This document shows, one piece after another, positions 26,834 through 36,260 of a DNA stretch of 64,000 bases (position 1 is its first letter; each line of letters starts with the position of its first letter). Source of the DNA: Anaerohalosphaeraceae bacterium (GTDB lineage: Bacteria; Planctomycetota; Phycisphaerae; Sedimentisphaerales; Anaerohalosphaeraceae); the NCBI GenBank assembly GCA_963675525.2, contig CAXXSL010000008.1, forward strand, positions 192,001 through 256,000, read 5' to 3'. The notes under the pieces are model-generated. The model saw only the letters and a list, made by a program, of their open reading frames with translations. It did not search any database and was not told the origin of the DNA. The position numbers and the translations under genes are program-made.

Positions 26834-28467
26834 CCCGTTAGCAGGTCGAATTGTTCGGGGCTGAGGCTTTGGCGGAGTTTCTGGAGTGCCTGCAGTTCGA
26901 TCTGGCGGATGCGTTCCTTGCTTAAATCTAATTCGTCGCCGATCTGTTTAAGTGTCATAGGCTTTTTCTTGATCACACCGGGGTCGATCGCATAATGGTT
27001 CAAAATAATATACTGCTCCCGCTGGTCCAGATTATTTTCGATAATTTTCCGTAGATCCCCCTGTGCCTTTTCGACGGCGTAAACATCCGGCAACTGATCC
27101 AACCGCAGGTTGACCGGCAGATTCGCAAAATCGGTGCCGCCGGCCCGGTCGCGGCGCTTGGCTTCGGCGGGGATCATGCGGGCAAAGTCTTTGACGATGG
27201 CCCAACTGGCATAGGTGCTGAAGCGATAGCCCCGCATGTAATCAAACTTTTCCACCGCCGCCATCAATGCAACGCTCCCTTCGCTGACCAGTTCGCTCAT
27301 GGTAAGCGCTGGTGTCAGGTGCTTGCCCGCGATGCTGATGACCAGAGGCATGTTAGCTTCGATAATAATTTTCTTAACTTGATCGGCCTGCTCAAGCAGC
27401 TTCTGAATACGGTTCAACCGGGCTGTTTTGGGACGGCCACGCTGAATTTGCTGACGCTGAGCGGCAGCCAGAAACTTGAGGTAATTATACCGCTGAAACA
27501 GTGATGCTTCCTGCTGGCGGTTCAGAAGAGCATTACCCCCTTTCGGATCAGGAATGAGCTGTGAGAGCGAAACCGAAAGTATTTTTTCTTCGGCATCCGG
27601 AGCCACAAAATCCTCGCTATCGATATATTCGATCTTGCGGCCGAATAGTTCCCGCGCACGCTGCTGGTTGATGATGCGGTAAATCGAACTGCGGCTGCGG
27701 CCGAATCGTTCCATCAGATCCTTGACCGTAAATCCCTGTCGGCTCAGTTTATATAATTGGATGGCGCCCTTGGCCGAGATCTTTCCACGTGAAACAGGAA
27801 GTTTTTCTTTTCGGCCGTGGATGTCAAACTTCGCCAGTACACAGCGAACCGTCTCGCGGGAACGGCCGACCTGCCTGGCTACATCAAGTATCAGTTGATT
27901 CAGAGTGCGATACTGTTTTTCTAAAATCTGCCGTTCAGCTAACTCAAATATCCGCTGCTTACCGGAGGCATTCAGCAATGAAAATCGAGCCGCTTTGCCG
28001 ATCAACCGGGGGTGGTCGACCGAAAATTGTTCAACTATCGATTCGGCAAAACCTTTACGCTTTTTGCCGTCTTCAAACACATAGGTCTTGGCGGTAAGCC
28101 CCCTGTTCTGCCAGCGGCGAATGGTTTTAGCGGAAACCGAAAACCGTTCAGCAAGCTGATCGACAGTGTAAACAATTTCCTTTTGATCGGCCACATTCAG
28201 TTCTAATTCACCGCTGAGCCGTGATATCCATACACGCAAATCGGCCAACAAAGCTTTCCCGGGAATCAGTTTCTGATCCGTTGAAACAGGCGGACGATAC
28301 CCAGTAATCCGAAAAACAACAAAGTCAAACGGATACTCCATTTCCGTATCGATCATCATCATCAACTGTTCAGCGGCTGCAAGCTGTTTTTTCTTCTGGG
28401 CTATCGGTGCAAACCGCAATTGTTCCAAAAAATCACGCAAAACAGGATGAATAACTTGAATCCGCAT
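26830..28467 (-). CDS. Sigma-70-family protein with extended multi-HTH N-terminus
   Basis: Region 2 (IEANMPLVISIA, KFDYMRGYRFSTYASWAI) and region 4 (TLKQIG..L.LSKERIRQIE..AL.KLR), preceded by three HTH-like segments. Confidence 0.85.
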   Translation of the reverse strand: MRIQVIHPVLRDFLEQLRFAPIAQKKKQLAAAEQLMMMIDTEMEYPFDFVVFRITGYRPPVSTDQKLIPGKALLADLRVWISRLSGELELNVADQKEIVYTVDQLAERFSVSAKTIRRWQNRGLTAKTYVFEDGKKRKGFAESIVEQFSVDHPRLIGKAARFSLLNASGKQRIFELAERQILEKQYRTLNQLILDVARQVGRSRETVRCVLAKFDIHGRKEKLPVSRGKISAKGAIQLYKLSRQGFTVKDLMERFGRSRSSIYRIINQQRARELFGRKIEYIDSEDFVAPDAEEKILSVSLSQLIPDPKGGNALLNRQQEASLFQRYNYLKFLAAAQRQQIQRGRPKTARLNRIQKLLEQADQVKKIIIEANMPLVISIAGKHLTPALTMSELVSEGSVALMAAVEKFDYMRGYRFSTYASWAIVKDFARMIPAEAKRRDRAGGTDFANLPVNLRLDQLPDVYAVEKAQGDLRKIIENNLDQREQYIILNHYAIDPGVIKKKPMTLKQIGDELDLSKERIRQIELQALQKLRQSLSPEQFDLLTG

Positions 28468-28600
28468 ATCTTTAATTATCATTAAAAAAGGGGGCAATTC
28501 AAGACTTTTCGACCCTATATTTTCAAATAAAGAGAATAATATCCATCCGCTTTCTTCTCGTTAACACTCTGTTTTTTTATAAAACTCTGAAATAAATCCT

Positions 28601-28718
28601 TTGACACATATGATGATTTTTTGGTATAAAAAGAGTGCTCCTTCTGCCGCCTGTGGTCAGTAGCCCTGGGAAGTTCACAAACTTCCATTCCTCCTTCAGC
28701 CACAGGCGGATTTTTTTT
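28601..28718 (+). ncRNA. Candidate orphan sRNA with its promoter
   Basis: TTGACA (28601)-18 nt-TATAAA (28625) with extended TG; 10-bp closing stem 28647-28656/28700-28709; U8 tail; no ORF. Confidence 0.5.
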
Positions 28719-28725
28719 GCGCATT

Positions 28726-28760
28726 AAAAAGCGGCGTGTGGTTTCAACACACGCCGCTTT
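28726..28760 (-). terminator. Terminator of the corrinoid-protein gene
   Basis: AAAGCGGCGTGTG/CACACGCCGCTTT perfect stem. Confidence 0.8.
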
Positions 28761-28782
28761 AAATTTTTCAATTCCTGCGTTT

Positions 28783-29409
28783 TTAGTTGAGCAGGGTCTT
28801 GGCGATATCGACCGCCGTTGCCGCATCGGCTGCGTAGCCGTCGGCGCCGATCTTGTCGGCGTATGCCTGAGTCACCGGAGCCCCACCGATCATCGTCTTA
28901 ACGGATAAGCCCGCATCTTTAATCGCGCGAATGGTTTTTTCCATCGCGGGCATAGTCGTCGTCAGCAAGGCACTGAGACCCACCACCTGAGCGCCGCTTT
29001 CTTTGGTTTTTTGTACAAAGATTTCCGGCGAGACATCCGTTCCCAAATCCACCACGTCGAAACCGGCACCTTTGAGCATCATCATCACCAGGTTTTTGCC
29101 GATATCATGGAGGTCGCCTTGAACCGTTCCGATCAAGGCTTTGCCAATCGGCTCTACGCCGGCCTCAACCAGCTTCGGCGCCAATACTTCCATCGCCATC
29201 TTCATCGCACGTGCCGCGATCAGCACTTCGGGAATGTACACTTCGTTGGCTTTAAACCGGACACCGATCACATTCATCCCAGCGATCAGGCCGTCAGCAA
29301 GAATCAATCCCGGTTCCATTCCCTCGTCTAACGCTGCCTTCGTGACATCCACAGCCGTTTTTTGATCTCCTTTGATAATCGCATCGCTCAACGTTTTCAA
29401 ATCTGCCAT
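28783..29409 (-). CDS. Corrinoid (B12-binding) protein of methyltransferase systems
   Basis: Cap domain plus GDLHDIGKNLV, LSALLTTT, IGGAP. Confidence 0.93.
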   Translation of the reverse strand: MADLKTLSDAIIKGDQKTAVDVTKAALDEGMEPGLILADGLIAGMNVIGVRFKANEVYIPEVLIAARAMKMAMEVLAPKLVEAGVEPIGKALIGTVQGDLHDIGKNLVMMMLKGAGFDVVDLGTDVSPEIFVQKTKESGAQVVGLSALLTTTMPAMEKTIRAIKDAGLSVKTMIGGAPVTQAYADKIGADGYAADAATAVDIAKTLLN

Positions 29410-29562
29410 TTTTCACCTCATTGTTTTCGCTTAACTGTAGGGTTAATCGTTATTTCCGCCTTTTCTTTTAGCTATTTGAGGGGGAAAAATCAAGTTTTTT
29501 GCAGAGATTCAGTGAGAATCGACCAAAAAACAATAAAATTTGATAATTTTATGCTACTTTTA

Positions 29563-29704
29563 GGGGGTTGTCGTGTGTTGGCAGGCCTAATGGCAACCTG
29601 AGTCGCTGTCTGTAATACCCAGACAGCAACGCTGTCAGACAATGCAGAAACGCTTGCTATCCTCCGTCTATGCGAAAACGGCAAGTGTGACTGACCTTTT
29701 TTTT
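29563..29704 (+). ncRNA. Candidate structured ncRNA (possibly 6S-like)
   Basis: Intergenic; strong central hairpin; G-U-rich 5'/3' end pairing; U-tract; UGUU.GCA...CCUGAGUCG resembles the 6S 5' arm. Confidence 0.3.
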
Positions 29705-29706
29705 GT

Positions 29707-30078
29707 TTAGTCGTCCGTTTCCTTCTCACAGGGCTTCGATTCAGGCAGCGGCGGCGGAGACGGCGGGTTTTCCGCCAGTATCATCAAGGCCTCTTCCCGG
29801 GCAGATTCACTGCCTAAAAAATGTATTGCCTCAATCAAATGCAGGCGGGCCTCAGGTGAAAGGCCGGGACGATGAGCAATCGCTCTAAGGACATTCAGCC
29901 TTGCCGATTCGGAACCAAGCATTTTCACCGCATCAATCTCTGCAATTGTTGAATCAAGTTCCAGATGCTGCATGTTTTTAGGGCTTTGGCAGCCATCACC
30001 TTTGATCGATACAATACATCCCCCTGCTGCCGCTGCAACAGTCACACATAAAATCACCATCAACAGCTTTCTTTTCAT
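29707..30078 (-). CDS. Hypothetical lipoprotein
   Basis: AGGC lipobox; duplicated LGSESAR motif. Confidence 0.7.
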   Translation of the reverse strand: MKRKLLMVILCVTVAAAAGGCIVSIKGDGCQSPKNMQHLELDSTIAEIDAVKMLGSESARLNVLRAIAHRPGLSPEARLHLIEAIHFLGSESAREEALMILAENPPSPPPLPESKPCEKETDD

Positions 30079-30198
30079 GTCTTTTCCCTTCTAACGAGTT
30101 AATAAACAATTATTCAATGACGATATTATAATGACGAAAGTCAAATAGAAATGTTACAAGAAAATGATTATTTTGAAAACAAATTTCTAAAAAAAGAC

Positions 30199-30579
30199 TC
30201 AAATCCCCAACGACTGGACTTGATTCATCAAATAACTGTACATGCCGACCATTGCATAGCAAAGCCCGATTGTCAGGACGACCATACCGACCGTCACAAC
30301 TGCTTTGACGGTCAGACTATATCGTGGGTTTGTCCAGACCATCGGCAGTGCCAGCGGCCCCAGCGTCAGCAGAGAGATAACGATCGTCGCTGTGGATTGA
30401 TACCATTTACCGCCGGATTTCGGGGTAGATGGGGAGGGTCTGCCATTCAGAAATTCTCCGCAATGGCGGCATTTGATGGCCTCGGCCAAAATCCGTTCGG
30501 CACAAAAAGGACATTTTTTTGTTTCTTCCTGCGGCATAACAGCATCCATTTCTACCGGCTCATCAAATGACGTTCGCAT
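30199..30579 (-). CDS. Zinc-ribbon membrane protein
   Basis: CPFCAE.I...AIKCRHCG plus two TM segments. Confidence 0.8.
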   Translation of the reverse strand: MRTSFDEPVEMDAVMPQEETKKCPFCAERILAEAIKCRHCGEFLNGRPSPSTPKSGGKWYQSTATIVISLLTLGPLALPMVWTNPRYSLTVKAVVTVGMVVLTIGLCYAMVGMYSYLMNQVQSLGI

Positions 30580-30651
30580 AATACTCTCCAGAATAAGATA
30601 ATACTATTGTATCGTCATATCGAGCGTGTGAATATAGCTGAAAAAGTAAAT

Positions 30652-33430
30652 CTATTTATCCGTCAGCCAGTTAGGTCCGATAGAAACATCAACTTTGAGC
30701 GGCACATCCAGCTTGATTGCGCCGGTCATCGCTTCGGTGATCCAGACAGTGTGTTTTTCGGCCTCGGCCTTCGGCAACTCGAAGACCAGTTCGTCATGGA
30801 TCTGCAGGATCATCTTGACCGGCAGATTCTCCATTTCGATGCGTTTTTGGATATTGATCATCGCGACCTTGATCAAGTCGGCCGCCGAGCCCTGGATGAC
30901 AGTATTGATGGTCAGGCGTTCGGCTTGTGATCGCATGTTGAAATTCTTGCTGTTGAGGCCGTCGATCGGACGCCGCCGATGCAGGATCGTTTCGGCGTAT
31001 CCCATATTCTTCGCTTTATGGATGATGTCGTCCATAAAGCCGCGAATGGACGGATAGCGGTCAAAGTAATCGGTGATAAACTGCTTGGCTTCGGCCTGTG
31101 TGATGCCGATGGCTTTGGCCAATCCGAACGGCCCCTGCCCGTAAATGATACCGAAGTTGACGCCCTTGGCCTTGCCGCGCATTTCGCTGGTAACCTCATC
31201 CGGCGGCACACCATACACCTGTGAGGCCACGAATCGGTGAATGTCCTGGTCTTCGGCAAACGCTTTTAACAAAGCTTTGTCTTTGGAAAAGTGAGCCAGC
31301 AAACGTAATTCGATTTGGGAATAATCGGCGCTGAGAATACAGCCGGATTTGTCGGCTGGGATGAAAGCCGCCCGAATTTCCCGCCCCATCTCGGTTCGTA
31401 CGGGGATATTCTGCAGGTTCGGGTCAGACGATGACAGCCGCCCCGTGGCCGTAACGGTCTGGTTAAACGACGCGTGGACGCGATTGGTTCGCGGGTTAAT
31501 CAACTGACCCAGTTTGTCGGTATAGGTGTTCTTGAGTTTGACAATCTGGCGGTATTCAATCAGCAGCGGAACAATTTCGTGAGCATCCTTCAACTGGTCC
31601 AGAACACCCGCATCCGTGCTGCGCTGGGTCTTTTTGTTTTTAACACTTTCCAGCCCCAGCCGGTCGAAGAGGATTTCGCCGAGTTGTTTGGGCGAATCAA
31701 TATTGAACGGCTGACCGGCTAATGCGTAAATCTTGTCGGTCAGTTCGTCAACCGTTTCGCTCATGGTGTTAGACATCTTGCGCAACAGCGCGATATCCAG
31801 CGAAACGCCGTGAGCTTCCATGCGTGCCAGTACTTCGACCAGCGGCATTTCCACCGTTTCGAACAACTGTTGAATATCGCCCATCGCGTTGAGCCGCTTG
31901 GACAGATACTCGTACAGCCGCCATGTGACGTCGGCATCTTCGGCGGCATATTCACACGCCGCGGCAGTATCGACCCTGTCAAAGGTCAGTTGATTTTTAC
32001 CCTTGCCGATGAGCGCCGAAATCGGTATCGGCTCGATGCCGAGATAGTCCTTGCTCATCGCGTCCATGCTGTGGCTGGAACGGTCGGCATGAAGACAATA
32101 GGACGCGACCATCGTATCAAACACGCGGCCGGCGGACAGCGCGACCGGCATCTGGGCATTTTCCAGCACAAGGTAGTCATATTTTAGATTCTGTGCGATC
32201 TTGTATCGGTTTGCGTCGGCCAGTATGGGCCCGATGTGCTTGCGGACATCGGCAATATCCAACCGTGATTGACCCATAGGACATCGAATGGGCAGATAGT
32301 ATGCTCTGCCCGACTCCCAGCAGAAACTCATTCCCACCAGGTCGGCCCGCATCGAGTTAATACTCGTTGTTTCCGTATCAAACGCAAACCGCTCCTGTTT
32401 GTTCAGCTCGGCGGCAAATTTCTCCAGCTTTTGCAGCGTATCGATTAGTTCATAATCGCCCCCGGCGCCTGCGGGCACAGATGCGGGGTCCCCCAGTTCG
32501 GCGAACAGGCCGCCGGGGATGGAAGTTGATTTTTCTTTTGCGTCAGCGTGGGCATGGCCCACCCTACTATCTTCCGTCTGGACACCTAATGATGACAGCA
32601 GTTTTGTAAAGCCCAGTTCTTTATAGAGCGCCGCCAGTTTGTCGATGTCCGGGTCGCAGACGGTGAAGTTTTTTTCGTCCAGTTCGACGGGGGCGGCGCA
32701 ATTGATAATGACCAGTTCCTTGCTCAAATAGGCCTGCTCTTTAAACTTTCGCAGGTTGTCGCCGCGTTTGCCCTTGATCTCATCGGCATGGGCGTACAGA
32801 TTGTCCAGCGAACCATACTTTTTGATCCAGTCGGCGGCGGTTTTGGGGCCGACATCCGGCACGCCGGGGATATTGTCGGCGGCATCGCCCTGCAGGGCCA
32901 TCATGTCGATAATCTGCTCGGGGGTGAGGCCCATTTTGTCATGCAGGGCCTTCGTATCCGTGAGCGTATCGGTCTTTGACATCGTAGGCAAAGACATGCT
33001 TGCCGAGAAGCTGGAGCATGTCTTTGTCTTTGGAGCAGATGTAGGAATCAATACCCTTTTCGGCAGCCTGTTTGCACAGCGTACCGATCAGGTCGTCGGC
33101 CTCCCAGCCGTCCACACGGAGCATCGGGATATTCATCGCTTCCAGAATGCGTTCGATGCGGCCGATCTGGGCGGGCAGGTCCTCCGGCATCGGCGGACGG
33201 TGCGCCTTGTAGTCGGGATACATGTCGACGCGGAAACTGGGGGCCTTGGAATCCATTGTTACGACGAGCATGTCCGGCTTTTTCCGGTCAAGCAGCCCCA
33301 GCAAGGTATTGGTAAACACAAACGCCGCCTTGGTCGGCTCGCCGGAAGGCGACGTCAGCGGCCGCATCGGCGCATAATAGGCCGAATAAATATGTGCATG
33401 TCCGTCAATGATGTATAGCTTTTTAGCCAT
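30652..33430 (-). CDS. polA: DNA polymerase I, interrupted by a +1 frameshift at about 32975
   Basis: 5'-3' exonuclease N-terminal part (IIDG, EADD, DKD) in 32939-33430. The rest (GD..DNIPGV, FDTETT, ADYSQIELR, QIHDEL) is in 30652-33051. Confidence 0.93.
32546..32567 (-). repeat. GTAG-type REP (GTAGGGTGGGCCATGCCCACGC) inside polA
   Basis: GTAG followed by the hairpin GTGGGC-CAT-GCCCAC; encodes SRVGHAH in the interdomain linker. Confidence 0.7.
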
Positions 33431-33473
33431 CTTATTCCTTTATGCCATCTCCTTAAATTTGTTTTTCATCAAC

Positions 33474-33496
33474 TGCCGGCAAGATGCCGGCATTAC
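33474..33496 (-). repeat. REP-like hairpin GTAATGCCGGCATCTTGCCGGCA
   Basis: TGCCGGCA stem with a GTAA leader. Confidence 0.6.
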
Positions 33497-33702
33497 TCTT
33501 TTTCGTCAGCACTTTCCTGAAAGAAAATTTTCCATAAGAGAAAAAAACATATTGCAATAACAAGCAAACTTACAACAATTTCGCCTCTTTCCGCAGGCCA
33601 AGATCTTTTAAGATTTATGATTGAGCATATTATACCCAATAAAATAAAACATATTGCCCCGGTTTTAAGTATTCCAATTTTCATCTTCGCTGGTTTATTC
33701 AA
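33493..33702 (-). CDS. Small AT-rich two-TM hypothetical protein
   Basis: 69 aa with two hydrophobic helices; lower GC than its neighbours. Confidence 0.5.
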   Translation of the reverse strand: MNKPAKMKIGILKTGAICFILLGIICSIINLKRSWPAERGEIVVSLLVIAICFFLLWKIFFQESADEKE

Positions 33703-33758
33703 TAATTATCCTGTTAATTTTGTCCAAAATAAATTCGCGTCCATTCGTGGTTCTTCTT

Positions 33759-33783
33759 GCGGGCGAGACGCCCGCGTTCCCAG
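33759..33783 (-). repeat. REP-like hairpin CTGGGAACGCGGGCGTCTCGCCCGC
   Basis: GCGGGCG-TCT-CGCCCGC stem. Confidence 0.65.
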
Positions 33784-34860
33784 TTAATCTTGCATGGTTT
33801 TGACGGAGGCGATGCGGTTGGCGTAATCGGCCTTTTTGCGAATGCCCCACACGACATTCGTAACGGGCAGGCGGTCCAGTTGGGGGAAATAAAACGTAAT
33901 AATGCCGACATTCCACCATCGCAAAATCACATCATCGGTATCAATCTGCATTCGCAAGTCATCGCGATCCACCGCATCGTTGGATTCGGATAGGCCGTGC
34001 TGCAGTTCAAGGCGGTTCGGCAAAAAGACCCAATAGAAGAACAGGCTGCGCACCCAGATAATCCGCAGGAAAATTGACCATATATACGCCAGCAGAATAT
34101 ATCCCATCGGCTCGATCTTGATGCCGAGATGCCGAAAGCCCCTGAAGAATGCCAGCAGAGTTTCGGGGCCGTGCAAAAGCATGATGAGCATCGCCAGGAA
34201 AAATCCCCCGACCAACAGACCCAACACAACCGGGCGTATTTTGAAAATGACGACTGCCGCATTCAGTGCCCCGAAGACAAGAACCAGTCCGCCGATAACG
34301 GTCTGTGTGGGCTGAACAAAAGTCGCATCACCGGGAATCAGTTCCAGCAGCAGACCGATTAACCCAGCGACGACCATCAAAGCAAACGTCGGGATAAACA
34401 GCACCGGCCATCCCCAGTCGTATCCGCACAACCACACCTTGATATTCGGGTCCTGGCGGACTTCATTGTCGCGGATAAAGCGGGTACGGGCGCTATGGGT
34501 CATTTTGAAAACAACGACCACCGCACCGATAGCAATCGTAATAGCCAGCACACAGTAAAAGGCGAACATGCGGTTGGAAACAAACGAAAATGTCTCATCG
34601 GACACATCGTGAATGATCTCGGCGAACAGCGACAGATAGACCATACCTATAATCACCAGGAAATCCATAAACAACAGCAACAACTTAAGCTTATACTTTT
34701 GCGGCGGGAGCACATACTCCGGGGCGGCCGAAACGGTCGGCGGCGCAGCCGATACGGCAGCGGGCGGTGACGGTCGATTTTGTTCTACAGACGGCGAACG
34801 AACATCGTCGTCCAGATTTTTTTTGATATCTTCAAATTTCGGTTCTTCAATCATAAACAA
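33784..34860 (-). CDS. Multi-pass membrane hypothetical protein
   Basis: 358-aa ORF with about six TM segments and a Pro-rich N-terminus. Confidence 0.75.
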   Translation of the reverse strand: MFMIEEPKFEDIKKNLDDDVRSPSVEQNRPSPPAAVSAAPPTVSAAPEYVLPPQKYKLKLLLLFMDFLVIIGMVYLSLFAEIIHDVSDETFSFVSNRMFAFYCVLAITIAIGAVVVVFKMTHSARTRFIRDNEVRQDPNIKVWLCGYDWGWPVLFIPTFALMVVAGLIGLLLELIPGDATFVQPTQTVIGGLVLVFGALNAAVVIFKIRPVVLGLLVGGFFLAMLIMLLHGPETLLAFFRGFRHLGIKIEPMGYILLAYIWSIFLRIIWVRSLFFYWVFLPNRLELQHGLSESNDAVDRDDLRMQIDTDDVILRWWNVGIITFYFPQLDRLPVTNVVWGIRKKADYANRIASVKTMQD

Positions 34861-34868
34861 GCTCCTGA

Positions 34869-35804
34869 TTATTTTTTTTCACTTTGCCATTTTTTGTAGG
34901 CCACGGAAAGCTCTTCGATATTTTTTCCGGTCCCTATGATATGGCCAACAGTGCCGGACCACTTCGTTCCTTTCTCAATGCGATATGTGGGCATTGTTTT
35001 GGAGAAAACGGTTTCACCAAAAACGCGGAATCCGAACCATTCGGAAAACCGACCCTTCGCCACATCTCCCAGAAAGAACCACGGCTGTTGGCCGTCCGGC
35101 TCAAACGCCAGCATCCAGTATTGTCCGCTTTCGCTGTTCTGCAATGCAATAAATCGTTCCTGCAAGTCCGAGGGTTTAAGCCAATAACAGGATATCCACT
35201 CACGTGTATCACTAACCCGGATGGTCGGTCCGCGAATTTCGCCGATCGTCTTTAATTCCGTCTCGTTGCGAAGGACTCCCGGGCCGTTACCCCAGCAAAA
35301 TCGGTCAAACGGATCGGCCATCTCGCCGCTGACACCGAGCCGGGCCTCCCAACAAAACAGCGCCATATCCGGGATCGTTTCGACGGTCTCAATTTCATAT
35401 CGCTGCTCGATGGTCCCATTGGGTTCAAAAATATATACTTCTTCGATTTGAATCGCATTGAGTTTTGTATTCAAACAAATCTCCACCCGGCCGTCATCAG
35501 CCCGTATGATTTCATGGCCGGCAGGGTCTTTTACCTGGCCCTGTCGAAATGCCTTCCTGCGGTCCCCTTCGGCGCCACTGTGGGTGTGATAAATCCAACG
35601 GGCACCCTGAGAAAGAAGCGTTTTTCCAATGCCGCTTTGTACCACATCGGTCAGCAGATTGTCCTTTGTACGGAAAATATATTTCCACTGCCCGTTATCA
35701 ACCGTCAGCGTGCCGCTTTCATTGTCCTCAACGACTTGAACACCCTCTGCGAACATAATTCCCGATACCGCAACCAAGAGTAAACACAAACCCCATATCT
35801 TCAT
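34869..35804 (-). CDS. Secreted hypothetical protein (beta-rich)
   Basis: Signal peptide; AAGGAG SD; 311 aa. Confidence 0.75.
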   Translation of the reverse strand: MKIWGLCLLLVAVSGIMFAEGVQVVEDNESGTLTVDNGQWKYIFRTKDNLLTDVVQSGIGKTLLSQGARWIYHTHSGAEGDRRKAFRQGQVKDPAGHEIIRADDGRVEICLNTKLNAIQIEEVYIFEPNGTIEQRYEIETVETIPDMALFCWEARLGVSGEMADPFDRFCWGNGPGVLRNETELKTIGEIRGPTIRVSDTREWISCYWLKPSDLQERFIALQNSESGQYWMLAFEPDGQQPWFFLGDVAKGRFSEWFGFRVFGETVFSKTMPTYRIEKGTKWSGTVGHIIGTGKNIEELSVAYKKWQSEKK

Positions 35805-35837
35805 GTTCCCACTCCTTGAATAAAACTCACTTCATTT

Positions 35838-36018
35838 TCATCCAACAATTTGTCCAACATGGCCCAAAATCAATATTGAGCGATAGGGAAATCTTTCAAC
35901 CTCGTCCCGGCTGGTAATACCGCCGAGCACCAGCACCGTCAAGCATTCGCAGACCATGGTAGATGATACCATCCATATCATAGATGAAGTCCTTTTTACT
36001 GTGTGTCGCTTCAAGCAT
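35838..36018 (-). pseudogene. NagD-like HAD-IIA hydrolase remnant with large internal deletion
   Basis: MLEATHSKKDFIYDMDGIIYHGLRMLDGA (HAD motif I) joined out of frame to TVLVLGGITSRDEVERFPYRSILILGHVGQIVG* (NagD-like C-terminus). Confidence 0.75.
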
Positions 36019-36260
36019 ATTTTGCCTCAAAATCGCCAAAAATCGTTGTTTTAACACAATTTAACCGAAAATTACTCTCTTGCATAGCTTTTTCAGGGCT
36101 ATTTTATTGTTCTCGTTGTCACAATAATTTCAATTTCAATTTGTTTGTCGTTATTATTGTTTATTTTTACGTACTAATTGTTGCATCTGGATTCCCGTTC
36201 TGATATGATACTAAAAATTGTAAATAACAGCTTTATTGTCTTTTGCTCTCGAGGTGTTCG

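Noticed and set aside
28640..28710. tRNA-Sec
   Set aside because: No TPsiC arm or CCA end, and the loop is not a valid UCA anticodon loop.
29410..29704. Cobalamin, c-di-GMP or SAM riboswitch upstream of the corrinoid gene
   Set aside because: B12-box/GGGAA, GAAA-tetraloop P2 and SAM-I core motifs were not found.
36106..36124. Rex operator upstream of hydG
   Set aside because: Only one half-site resembles TTGTGAA-N4-TTCACAA, in an AT-rich background.
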